Shown: piece after piece, positions 1-31,945 of the stretch
How the letters are laid out: each line of letters begins with the position of its first letter
Numbering within the stretch: the first letter of the stretch is position 1
Assembly: GCF_009914755.1 (NCBI RefSeq)
Contig: NC_060925.1
Strand: one strand, 5' to 3'
Source of the DNA: the human T2T-CHM13v2.0 reference genome, Homo sapiens
Length of the DNA stretch: 64,000 bases
Program-made: the position numbers and the translations under genes
Notes under the pieces: generated by a model
Databases searched by the model: none
The model's input: the letters and a program-made list of their open reading frames with translations, nothing else
What the model was told of the DNA's origin: nothing

Positions 1-217
<217 letters not shown>

Positions 218-418
218 TCAAAGGGCAGGATGAGCTGCTAGGGATCGTAATGATTCCCAGGTACTCTCCTGCCCTTCTCCAACAAGGAAGTAAATAAATA
301 GACTTTTAACTCAGGAACGGGGTGTTGGAGCAGGGGAACCCTCCCCTTGGAGTTAGTAATTAAGTCTCATGTTAAAAACAAGGTAGCCCCAGCCCCTACC
401 AGCATCTACAAAATCCTA

Positions 419-9084
<8,666 letters not shown>

Positions 9085-9556
9085 TCAGGAATCTGAAGGG
9101 ACCAGAGGGCCACATGGGGTAAGATGCTCCTCCCAAAGTCTGATGCCTTCTGGGGAGATGAGGGAGGACCTCCCAGCAACTCTTCCCTGCAAGCACCCAT
9201 ACTGTGTGACATGGGGAAAGTGGCTCAACTTCTCTGGGCTGGCAGGAAACCCTTCAGTGGGGTTGGATCACCTGGAAATTCCCTGAGACTGGAGTAACTC
9301 TCTGAATCAAGGCTGTCCAAGGGTGGAGGCCAAATAATCGGCTCAAAGTTCGTTAGCCCCTACAAGGACCAAGTTCCAGGCCTTCCCAAGCCTGTGGTGA
9401 GCAAAGAGCGACCTCTCCTGCCCCAGTCTTCAACCCTCGTCCCATCCTATCTGCCCCAGCTTCTCTCCTCCTCCCAGGGCCCGGAGCCGCCCGAGGGCTC
9501 AGGAGACCTGCACCGGCAGCGCTACCCGTTCCGGACACCCACGCGGAGGCACTCAC

Positions 9557-9660
9557 GGCTTAGGGGCCCCGGGCCCCGCTCGGGCCCCGCTAGGGCCCTC
9601 ACTGCTCGGCCCGGCTCGCCGCGGCCTCCGCCTCCTCCATGCCGCTTGCGGCCCCGCCCC
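9557..9660 (-). other. POMGNT1: POMGNT1 non-coding exon 1 (proximal; 5' end approximate)
   Basis: GTGAGT donor at 9556-9551 inside the CpG island. Confidence 0.8.
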
Positions 9661-9682
9661 GGCCTGGCCCGCCCCCCCGCTT

Positions 9683-9770
9683 CCGCCGCCGCCGCCGCCG
9701 CCGCTGCCGCGGGGTGAGAGGGCGACGGGCGGTGCTTAGGGCGGCGGCGGCGGCGGCGGCGGCAGCGGCG
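9683..9770. repeat. (CCG)~7 and (GGC)~8 trinucleotide tracts in inverted orientation
   Basis: Seen directly at 9683-9710 and 9740-9770. Confidence 0.95.
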
Positions 9771-10089
9771 TCGGGGTGTAAGCAGCCAGCGAGTAAGGCG
9801 AATGCTCAGACCGTGCTAGGCAGCTTCGCAGCCCGGCTGGCTGGTGGGGCTGCCTGCACGAGAGCAGCCCGCTCCCCAGCACCGCCGATGGCAAGCCCGA
9901 CTCCAGTCAGAGGCCTAGCACCTTGGACCAGATCACAGGGCACGCCAGGGTCAGAGGGGCTGCAACCCTTGGACACAGGGCACACACCACCCGCCCCATA
10001 CCCGTCCTGGGCAAGGCCGTTACCTAGTCCTGGGGCATGCACAGCTATTGGAGGCCAAGGGAGATTAAAATCCAGGTTCTGTCACTGTT

Positions 10090-10580
<491 letters not shown>

Positions 10581-10644
10581 GCAACAATACATAAGAATTG
10601 CCAGGTTTAAATAACATCATACATAGAAAGCAGTTAGCTTAACA

Positions 10645-10800
10645 CAATGGTTCTCAAACTTTAGCTTGCGTCAGAATCACCTGGATGACTTCTTAAAACA
10701 GAGGTGCTGGGCCCCATCCCTAGAGTTTTAGATTCAGTGGTCTGGGGCAGGGTGGGATTTTGCATTCCTGAGAAGTTTCTAGGTGATGTTGATGCTTGTT
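10645..10800. mobile_element. MER5A (hAT-Charlie)
   Basis: tggttctcaaactttagc..gcgtcagaatcacctgg..ggtgatgttgatgct. Confidence 0.8.
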
Positions 10801-11107
10801 TGAAGTGGATAGCCATAGAACAGTTTTAGGCAGGGGAGCAATATAATCCAATTTCTGTTTTAAGAGAACCTTTACTTTTTTTGTGGAGAATGGGTTGGAA
10901 GCAGACAGAGGAAGCCAGAAGACCAGTTAGATTTTTTTGAGCTTTCTGTATTCCATCTGCTTCCTGAATGGTGGGGTAATATCCCCCAAAATGAAATGTT
11001 AACAGTACTTGTCTTAGGAGTTAAAGAAATACATGATTTTTCCTAGTAAGTATGTATAAGAATGGAAGAAAACCCAACACATTTTATTACATTTGAAAAG
11101 ATGTCCC

Positions 11108-13195
<2,088 letters not shown>

Positions 13196-13200
13196 GTGGT

Positions 13201-13421
13201 AGGATTTACAATAAGAGGATAGTTACTCCTACCCTACCCTTTCACACCTCTAGGCCCACTCCCAATTGGCAACCACTTTTAGTTAACTCTAAACAATAAC
13301 GTTATGGGTATGAACACCAAAAGAAAAAAAAAAAACTAAAAGTTATTTTTTGCCAATTGGGAGTGGGCCTAGAGGTGTGAAAGGGTAGGGTAGGGGTAAC
13401 TATCTTCTCATTGTAAATCCT
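13201..13421. repeat. Inverted repeat, 72-bp arms with 3 mismatches, 77-bp spacer
   Basis: 13201-13272 is the reverse complement of 13350-13421. Confidence 0.97.
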
Positions 13422-13539
13422 TCTGCAACCATGGGCTGGAATTACTTGAATTAAAAGCCTAAACAAACCAGAGTTTTCATGGCTGTTCATTACCTGTTAA
13501 ATAAAACCCAAACATCTCAGAACCATTTTCTGTAACCTT

Positions 13540-14038
<499 letters not shown>

Positions 14039-14122
14039 TCTTGCTTGTAAGCCCAACGTGGACCTCTTCAGCTTCAGTACTGGTTGCCCTTTTCTACTCC
14101 GTTAGCCTGAATTCTAGCCCCT

Positions 14123-14139
14123 GGGGGGGGGGGGGGGGT

Positions 14140-14176
<37 letters not shown>
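14123..14176 (+). repeat. G16 run abutting a (GT)18 microsatellite
   Basis: Direct reading. Confidence 0.95.
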
Positions 14177-14177
<1 letters not shown>

Positions 14178-14329
14178 TAGCTAAAATCCAGTCATCGTTT
14201 TATACCCAATTCCTCTGCTCCAGGAAGACTTCCAAGCCCTCTGCAGCTCTCTGTTACCGCTGTTCCTTAAACTCCCACATCTCTGACTGAAGCTGCTTAG
14301 ACTTCATTCTGCAAACATGTATTGGGCGC

Positions 14330-14900
14330 CTGCTGTGTGCCTGGCTGGATTCAGTGCCAGGGTGGGGCGAAGGCGCTGAGGTCTCCGAGTGCTCTTTCAG
14401 GTCCAACTCCAGAATCGCCCAGCCCCACGCAATCCAGGGCCAGAGGTTGTGTGCGCAGCACTCGAATACATCCACAGACGGTGCTGCGCGGCTTTTCTGA
14501 GTGTTACGGCGCCCTCCTCCCGCCCCCGCGCCGCGCGGGCGGGGACCCACCGGTTTTGCTCCGCTTTAGCAGCGGCGAAGGGAGGACCCCCGGGAGCCGG
14601 TCCCCGGCGTCCGGTCGCCCAGCCCTTTTCAGGCTTGGGCCCGCATGGAGGGGACCGTGGAGTCCCAGACGCCTGACCTGCGGGATGTGGAGGGTAAGGT
14701 GGGCAGGAAGACCCCTGAAGGGCTGCTCCGCGGGCTGCGAGGCGAGTGTGAGCTGGGAACCTCTGGCGCCCTGCTGCTCCCAGGGGCGTCTAGCACCGGC
14801 CACGACTTGGGGGACAAGATCATGGCGCTGAAGATGGAGCTGGTGAGTGCTGAATCCATGGGCCAAGGGGACGAGTCCCTAGTGTAGGGCCGGGAGGGAC
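14330..14900. promoter_or_regulatory. LURAP1 CpG-island promoter / exon 1
   Basis: CpG-rich; GC box cccgcccccgcg at ~14519. Confidence 0.85.
14645..14842 (+). CDS. LURAP1: Leucine-rich adaptor protein 1, coding exon 1 (66 codons)
   Basis: MEGTVESQTPDLRDVEGK...KIMALKMEL then GTGAGT donor at 14843. Confidence 0.95.
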
Positions 14901-16079
14901 GAACTCATGCTCCCAGAGTTAAGCTGGAGAGGAGGTAGTTAAAACTCTCCACCTAACTGCTCAGAATCCCTCCCAGATCAATCCGTAAACGCTGGGGTGG
15001 AGATGGAGTGACGTCCATTACTTGTCCCCCAAGAGTGAGTGGGGTGTTGATGGTCCTGAGGACTTGGGTTGGGAGCAGTGGGTTTTGGAAGTTATTCCTG
15101 CCAAATAATTGGGAGGAGAGAGATGAGGACTGGGAAGTACTGAGAACCCAACGCAGCACAAATTCCCCCCGCCTGTATGGGCCACCTATTCCCCGCCAGT
15201 CCCCGTTGTAAGGCAACCGGTTTTTTCTCCTTCTGCTAACCGGGAAAGGGTTTAAGTTCCTGTGAGGCCGCAGTGTTCCGCACAGAAAAGAAGTGGGTAA
15301 AGGGGCCTATCTGCTGAAAACTACCTGGACCAGGGGCACTGAAAACCTTCTCCGTTTCCTCTACATCCCCCAGCCCTACTTAAAATAATGGAAAGTTCCT
15401 AGACCCATAGCAGGGACAGAGAGTAGCAGCACCACTGGTGCTGATTCCCTCGCCTCAGACTCAGTCTCCTCCCAGCCAGTCTTCCAGGTAAACTGGATAT
15501 TTGGATCTCATCTGTACATTCTTGGGGAGAAGAGGAAACAGCAACCCTCCCCTTTCTCTATTGCTGCTGGTCTAGATTCAGAGCCAAAAGGGCAGCCGAG
15601 GCCCTGGCAGGTTCCCCAGGGCCCTGATTCCGGTGAAGTGGGTGATTTACACCTGCCACTACTTTGCAGCCAGTTCTGGGGAACTGAGGAATTGCCATCG
15701 GCTTCCTGGCTCACAACCAGGAGCCCACAGTGAGTACGTCAGCTAAAGTCTTCCTGTGTGCCCAGCCTGTGCCAAGCTGGTCTGTGAAGGAGAAGGGGAA
15801 GGAAGTCATGGGGGCTCTGAGACCAGCCAGGGCTCCGACGCCTGAGCTGAGAGGCTGGGAAGAGAGTCTGGTGGGTGGAGCAGTCAGGAAAGGCCCCCTG
15901 GGAGAAGGACTTGAATGCCAAGTGTGCACTTGGCCTTGAAGGTTGGAGGTGAGTGCCCAATTCTCCAGAGCAAGGCTGTGACTGTACCCACCTAAGCGGG
16001 GGCTTGCCTTTGCCTCACTGTACAAACTTTAGCTCAAGGCCTAGTAAGAGCCTATCTAGACTGTCTACTTGCTTTGAAA

Positions 16080-16630
<551 letters not shown>

Positions 16631-18301
16631 TTTGCATCTTTACTTTGAGACCTGCTTTGTGCCAGATAGTCTGAACATTTTATGTCATTGAAATGAGAAA
16701 ACTGGTCATCATTTCTCCCATCTTACAGATAAAACGTGCTTGCAGATTCTGAACTCACATAGGGAGTCAGTGGAAGAGCCACGCCCAGTCTCTGGCTCTC
16801 TTCTCTGCCTTGGTGGAAACTATCTGTAAACTTTAAGGGGCTGCATTTAACTTTTGATTTTGTCTCTCTGTATTCTTGACCCAGCTTGCCTGGGGCCTGA
16901 GGCTGCCCGAGAAAGGGCACAAGGGAGGGAGCCTTCTGGGGCCAGAATGAGGAGAGATCCCCATCCTATTTTTTCTCCTTCCTCAGGCCAGGATGTTATT
17001 AATATTAATCTCTTCTTGTGCTCTGCCCTGCCTACTGGGTTGCACCCAGGAAGGACAAGGGGTGGGGCAAGGGATTTGCCTTCAGGCTACTGAAGGCAGG
17101 ACTGGTTCAAGCCCTCTAAGGACTGTCCTTCAATTGTTCCTCTCCCAGCTCTCCTTGCACAAAGGGGGAAGGCCTACCCTTGAGGCCAAGGTCAGTCCTG
17201 CCTCTAGGCCTCGTCCCTCCTGCTTTCTTCCTCTACCCTCCATTCAAAGGTTGAGTGAACAAGCCAGACTGGGATATGTGGGAATGGGAAACAGTGGCAA
17301 CTTCTTCTTAGTTCTCCCACCCAAAGAACTGTTGCTATGACAACCCACCTCCACAGAGGCAGTTTGAGAAAAAGCTTTAGGCAAGGAAGAATGCATGGGT
17401 TCAAGTCTTGGCTCTGCTTCTGAAACGTTTTGTGGTCTTGAGCAGCACTCTGTCTCTCTCCTGGCCTCAGTTTTTCCTCCTTTTGGTGGAGGGGGTAGAG
17501 GGAGATGGGGACTGTGAAACCAGATGATTGTTAAGAACCTTTGTAGTAACAATATTCTGATAGTCCCCGCTCTGGGAGCTCGGACTGGGATTTCCAGGCT
17601 TTTACCCTAGGGCCTGATTTATATTGAGCAATGAGGAAACCATACAGGACCCCAGCGCTGGGCAGAGAGTCTGGTATGTAGATGTTAAGGAGAGGAGTAG
17701 GGAGCCTGAATCTCCTTGGAAGGAGAATTGGGTTTGGAGTCGCCTCTGAGGCTGCATCTCTCCTGAGCTGTTTATCCTATACTCTATTTTCTTCAAGAGA
17801 TGGTGTGAAAAGAGTGTTTCTTTTTCTGGCAAGAAAACCTTGCTTTCTTCTATTCTGGGAGTGATGCTGTCACAGTCAGGGAATCCCACTGCCACAGGAT
17901 TATAGAATCTGCTCTCAGATTTATTTCCCAGCAACACACTACAACCCAGACCCCTGAATCCTGGGAACCATCAAAGGGGTCAAGGATAGTAAAGGCAAGA
18001 GAATCACAGAACTGAATGTGACCTCCTTAGCACTGGGCCAAGCACCAGAAATGGATTGGGCAGGATCTGCTCTCAGGGAGCTCACAGTCTGGTTAGGGAA
18101 GGAGGAGACAGAAGAACATTTCTAGTACAGGATGATAAGTGCTGGTAGAACCCAGGAAGGGCCTCCTGGAAGAGTCTTCACTGTAGAGTGATGTGGTTGG
18201 GTTTGTGCTCTAGAAAGTCGATTTCAAATTGGAAGGAGGCACAGGCTGTTTCCTCTGCTTGAAATGCTTCTCTCCACCTCTTTGTCTGGCTGAGTCCTTC
18301 T

Positions 18302-21030
<2,729 letters not shown>

Positions 21031-21398
21031 TAGATGTAAATTTTGGAAAGAGGAAGGAAGGGAGGGATGGAGGGAGGCAGAAAGGAAGGAAAGGAGGGAG
21101 GGGAAAACAGCAGGACAAGTGTTTTTAGTATGAGGAGCTTTGTTTAATGTATTTAGTTTGGTCATGGACTAGGACAGTTGTCTTCACTGTTCATATATTT
21201 GTCTCCAGGATGAAATAATTGAAGATAATCTCCTTTATCAAGTTAATAGTCTGTACAGTCTGATATTGCAGTTATTTATGTTCATCTCCCCTTATTGAGA
21301 CTGCAAGCTTCTATTAAGCAGGAACAATTTCTCCATTATCTTTGTAATTATTAGCAAATCCATGTACCCAATAGTCATTTGTTCAATTGAATTAGAGT

Positions 21399-22659
21399 TG
21401 TGATATTCTTCCAAAAACACAAATAATTTCAGGTATAAAATTTTTTTCTATGCTTTTGCCATAGTGTTTAGAAAACCCTAAACTGTGTGTGTGTGTTTTT
21501 TTAATTTTTTCACTTAATGCAACACAACAATAATCATTAATACAGAAGACCCCAAAATATATGAGGATTTCTTCCCACCAGCAAGCAAGCAATCAGTTCT
21601 GCAGCAGATACCAGCTGGGTGTCTACTAATTTAATTTCAACTCTGTCTACCTGGAGACAGTGTCACATCCCACAGGTTGAGGGCTCAGTCCCCAAGACTG
21701 TCCCCCTCTTCAGACACTAGTCGTAAATCTGGGCCTCCTGACCTTCTGACCAACCAGCTTCAAATTGGGGTTCCTATGACCCCCTCCTTGGGTTTGATTG
21801 GTTTGCTGGTGTGGCTCACAGAACTCAGGGAAACACATTTACTGGTTTATTATAAGGATATTACAAAGGATATAGATGAAGAGATGCATGGGGCAAGGCA
21901 TACGGGAAGGGGTGCGGAACTTCTGTGCTCTCCCTGGGTGCACCACCCTCCATCTGTTCAGCTACTTGGACGCTCTCTGAATCCTGTTGTGGGGACCTTT
22001 TTTTATTTTTTGAGACAAGGTCTGGTTCTGTTGCCCAGGTTGGAGTACAGTGGCTCAATCACAGCTCACTGCAGCCTGTACTTCTCTGGCTCAATCAATC
22101 CTCCCAGTTCAGCCTCCTAAGTAGCTGGCACTACAGGTGTGCAATACCACACTCACCTAATTTTTTTTTTTTTTTTTTTGGTAGAGACAGGGTTTCCCTG
22201 TGTTGCCCAGGCTGGTCTTGAACTCCTGGGATCAAGCGATCCTCCCACCTCAGTCCCCTAGAGTGTTGGGATTACAGGCTTAAGCCACTGTGCCTGGTCC
22301 TTTGGGCCTTTTAAAGAGACTTTATTGGTTGTCCACGATTGAAACATGGACAACCATATCAAAATGTTATTGGACAAAAAGGGTCTGATCAAAACCCAGC
22401 AAAGCCTGTCTGTTTAGATTCTTATTGGCCTCTCTCTGCGGCATTCCTTCCTCCAGGGTATGAGTCAGGACCTTCTCTGGAATGAGGGTCTTATGACCCA
22501 CAATCAGATTAGAGTTCTACTCTGGGAAGGTGAGAGGAGAGCAGGAGAAGGTCAGAAAGAGACTGTTTCCTGAAGCCTATTTCTGAGTGCCCCAGCATTA
22601 TAACAAACACTGTAACAATGGCTATGGGGCTTATGAGCCAAAAACTGGATGAAAACCTG

Positions 22660-22706
<47 letters not shown>

Positions 22707-22712
22707 ATCACA
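21399..22712. mobile_element. MER21-type LTR with inserted Alu and (CA)n
   Basis: Termini tgtgatatt...aatatcaca; internal cacaggttgagggctcagtccc..ctcacagaactcagggaaacac. Confidence 0.75.
22660..22701 (+). repeat. (CA)n microsatellite
   Basis: Direct reading. Confidence 0.95.
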
Positions 22713-22989
22713 ACTAGTAAATAAGTCGACCATAGTAATATGTAGAGCCAAATAGCCTACCATTTATTGATTTACAGTATTATACTTGTCAGATGGTATG
22801 CTATGCATGTTAATATGTTCCTTCGATGTCTCATGACAAACCTTTAGATAGTACCTCATATTATAATAAAGAAATGAAGGTTTAAAGAAATCAATTTTAA
22901 TTTCATATGGCTCATTAATGGCAAAACTGGAACTCAAATCTAGGTCCATTTAATTCCAGTGTCTAATTTTCTCAATGTACAAATATATA

Positions 22990-24710
<1,721 letters not shown>

Positions 24711-25346
24711 TGGAGAATAGAACAGAAGGTCTCTAGATTAAAAGACACTGAGCATAGTTGAGGACAAGAGGGACTAAATAAAAATACACTAAATACGGCC
24801 AGGCACAATGGCTTACGCCTGTAATCACAGCACTCTGGGAGGCTGAGGTGAGGAGTTTGAGCCTGGGAGTTTGAGGCTACAGTGAGCTATGATCATGCCA
24901 CTGCACTCCAGCCTGGACAACGTAGCGAGACTTTGTCTCTACAAAAACTTTAAAAAGTACTAAATATCATGAAATACCTCTCCAAGCCTTTACCCCTACT
25001 TGGCTCCTAGGATACTGACAGCCTTGCTTACGTTATACTCTCTAGAGTGGTATAATATGGGGAATATGATTAACTCAAGAAAAAAAAAAAAGATACAGAC
25101 TTTAGACCTCCAATTAAACAGCCCAATCAGATCATCCTGTAGTGAGGCTCAGAGTTGGCAAGCTTCATACATACACGGTTTCTAGTCATTGTAGAGATCC
25201 ACTCTGAAGGGTGAGCAGCAGTTAAAGATGATAGACATCTGACCCTCTATATAGACCTAAATAAATAGGAAAAAGCAACTTGAGGCCGGGCATGGTGGCT
25301 CAGGCCTGTAATCCCAATACTTTGGAAGGCCGAGGCTGGATGATCA

Positions 25347-29330
<3,984 letters not shown>

Positions 29331-29488
29331 AAAACTGGGCTGGGTGTGGTGGCTCACACCTGTAATCCCAGCACTTTTGGAAGAATTGCTTTGAGCCTAG
29401 GAGTTTGAGACCAACCTGGGCAACAAGGTGAGACCTTGTCTGTACAAAAAATAAAATTAGCCAGGTGTGGTGCACGCCTGTGGTCTTA

Positions 29489-29635
<147 letters not shown>

Positions 29636-30215
29636 CTAGTTTTAAAAAGTCATTTGTGGCAGCACCTTGGGTTCACAGAGCAGAATGCTAGAGGCGAAAC
29701 TATAGAGATGGGCGAGAGCCACATGTTACAGGCTTTTGAATGCCAGTTGCTAAAATGTTTAGATTTCATTCTCTAAGAGGAGGGCGGAGTTCCCTGCTAT
29801 TGTAGATGTTTGGATTCGGCACTCTCTAAGAGCAGTGCAATGCCTATAAAGGCTCTTGAGCAGGGAGAGACAGGTTCAGACTTGTGCTTAGGGAAGGTAA
29901 CAGTGCATCTGAGCTGGAACGGACGCTTGAGATTACCCTGTAAGTCAAATTTACTTCCAGTACAGACAGGTAGACTGGTGTGTACAGGCAAGAAGGCCTG
30001 AATGCCCAGCCAGTGGGATTCTGATCCTTCTAAGCTCTGGCCAACCCTTTCCCCTCTCGGTGGCTGCTACCAATGCCCTGAAAAGACTAGGGAACCAGGT
30101 TAGCTCTCTTTATTCCCCAGCTCCTGCCTCCTTTTGGCCCAATCTACTTCCTGATTAACACCCTATCTTGCTATTCTTTGTTTCTATGTCTTTCTGGTGA
30201 ATATGGGCAGGCTCA

Positions 30216-30535
<320 letters not shown>

Positions 30536-30915
30536 CTAAATATGAAGTTCAAAGCTTAATAGGATTGGATTTTAATACTTAACATTTACTGAGACCTTCC
30601 TCTGTGCTAGGCACTGTGCTGAGTACTTAATAGACAGCATTTCAGAATCCTCACAGCTACCCTGTGAGGTAAGTGATTTAATCCTGTTTTACAAACAAAG
30701 AGACTGAGGCTCAAAGAAGATATGTCTAATCAGTGGTAGAGCTGAAATGTTAGGCAGCAGTCTGTCTGCTTCTGAAGCCTACACTGCAAGCCGTTATAAT
30801 TCCATCCGTCTTAAAGTGAAACATGGTTGGCTGAACCACAAGGTAGTGGCCTGTGGAAACGCTGGGGAAACCCATGCCCCAGAACTGGGACTAATTCCTT
30901 CTCCCACTCCCCCAG

Positions 30916-31437
30916 GCTTACCTGCGAGCCATCGATGTGAAGATCCTGCAGCAGCTGGTGACCTTGAATGAGGGCATCGAGGCAGTGCGCTGGCTGTTGG
31001 AGGAGCGGGGGACGTTGACCAGTCATTGCAGCAGCCTCACCAGCAGTCAATATAGCCTGACAGGCGGGAGCCCAGGCCGCTCAAGGCGAGGCAGCTGGGA
31101 CAGCCTGCCAGACACCAGCACCACCGACCGGCTGGACAGTGTCTCTATTGGCAGCTTCCTGGACACAGTGGCCCCCAGCGAGCTGGATGAACAGGGCCCA
31201 CCTGGGGCTCCACGTTCCGAGATGGACTGGGCAAAAGTTATAGCTGGTGGAGAGAGGGCCAGGACTGAGGTGGATGTGGCAGCCACCAGGCTAGGGAGCT
31301 TGAGAGCTGTGTGGAAGCCCCCAGGGGAGAGGCTTCAAGGTGGACCACCTGAGTCACCAGAGGATGAGAGTGCCAAGCTGGGCTTCGAGGCCCACTGGTT
31401 CTGGGAGCAGTGCCAGGATGATGTGACCTTCTTGTAA
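30916..31437 (+). CDS. LURAP1: LURAP1 coding exon 2 (173 aa + TAA; total 239 aa)
   Basis: Acceptor ctcccccag|GCT; AYLRAIDVKILQQLVTLNEGIEAVRWLLEE (LURAP domain); ends in class I PDZ-binding motif VTFL. Confidence 0.96.
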   Translation, partial: AYLRAIDVKILQQLVTLNEGIEAVRWLLEERGTLTSHCSSLTSSQYSLTGGSPGRSRRGSWDSLPDTSTTDRLDSVSIGSFLDTVAPSELDEQGPPGAPRSEMDWAKVIAGGERARTEVDVAATRLGSLRAVWKPPGERLQGGPPESPEDESAKLGFEAHWFWEQCQDDVTFL

Positions 31438-31520
31438 CAACTATTCCACCCTTTTGTAATCCTGTGGCTCTTTTATCCATTAGATGTGGTCTCCCCCAAA
31501 ATTGATTCTCCCTCAGTCTG
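30922..31520 (-). other. POMGNT1: Probable distal alternative first exon of POMGNT1, antisense to LURAP1 exon 2 (5' end approximate)
   Basis: Consensus minus-strand donor CAG|GTAAGC at 30922/30921; I recall an annotated POMGNT1 variant starting in this area. Confidence 0.55.
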
Positions 31521-31639
31521 AGACTAGGAAGAGGCTGCACTGAAATCAGTTACCATGGAAACCTGGCTCATCATTTCTCTAGTCCCTAGGGAGTCTCTGC
31601 CTTTATCCCTCAATTATTGGGTCCCTAGAGCTAGCTTGC

Positions 31640-31945
31640 TCTTTCTTTCTTTCTTTCTTTTTTTGAGACAGGGTCTTATGCTGTTACCCAAGATAGAGAG
31701 CAGTGGCATGATCACAGCTCACTGCAGCCTTGACCTCCTGGGCTCAAGCGATCCTCCTATTTCAGCCTCCCCCATAGTTAGGACCACAGGCATGCACCAC
31801 CATGCCCAGCTAATTGTTTATTTATTTATTTTTTTTTTGTAGAGATAGGGTTTCCCTGTGTTGCCCAGGCTGGTCTCAAACTCCTGGGCTCAAGGGATCC
31901 TCCCGCCTCAGCCTCCCAAAGTGCTGGGATTATGCCCAGCCCCTA
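31640..31945 (-). mobile_element. AluJ-like element in the LURAP1 3' UTR
   Basis: Alu consensus; ccctagag on both flanks. Confidence 0.85.

Larger units (their letters stand above)
9460..9950. promoter_or_regulatory. CpG-island, TATA-less promoter of POMGNT1 with GC boxes
   Basis: Very high CpG/GC content, CCCGCCCC motifs at ~9653-9680, CCG and CGG tracts. Confidence 0.9.

Noticed and set aside
21677-22120. 147-aa ORF in the LURAP1 intron
   Set aside because: It lies within a MER21-type LTR and runs into an Alu.
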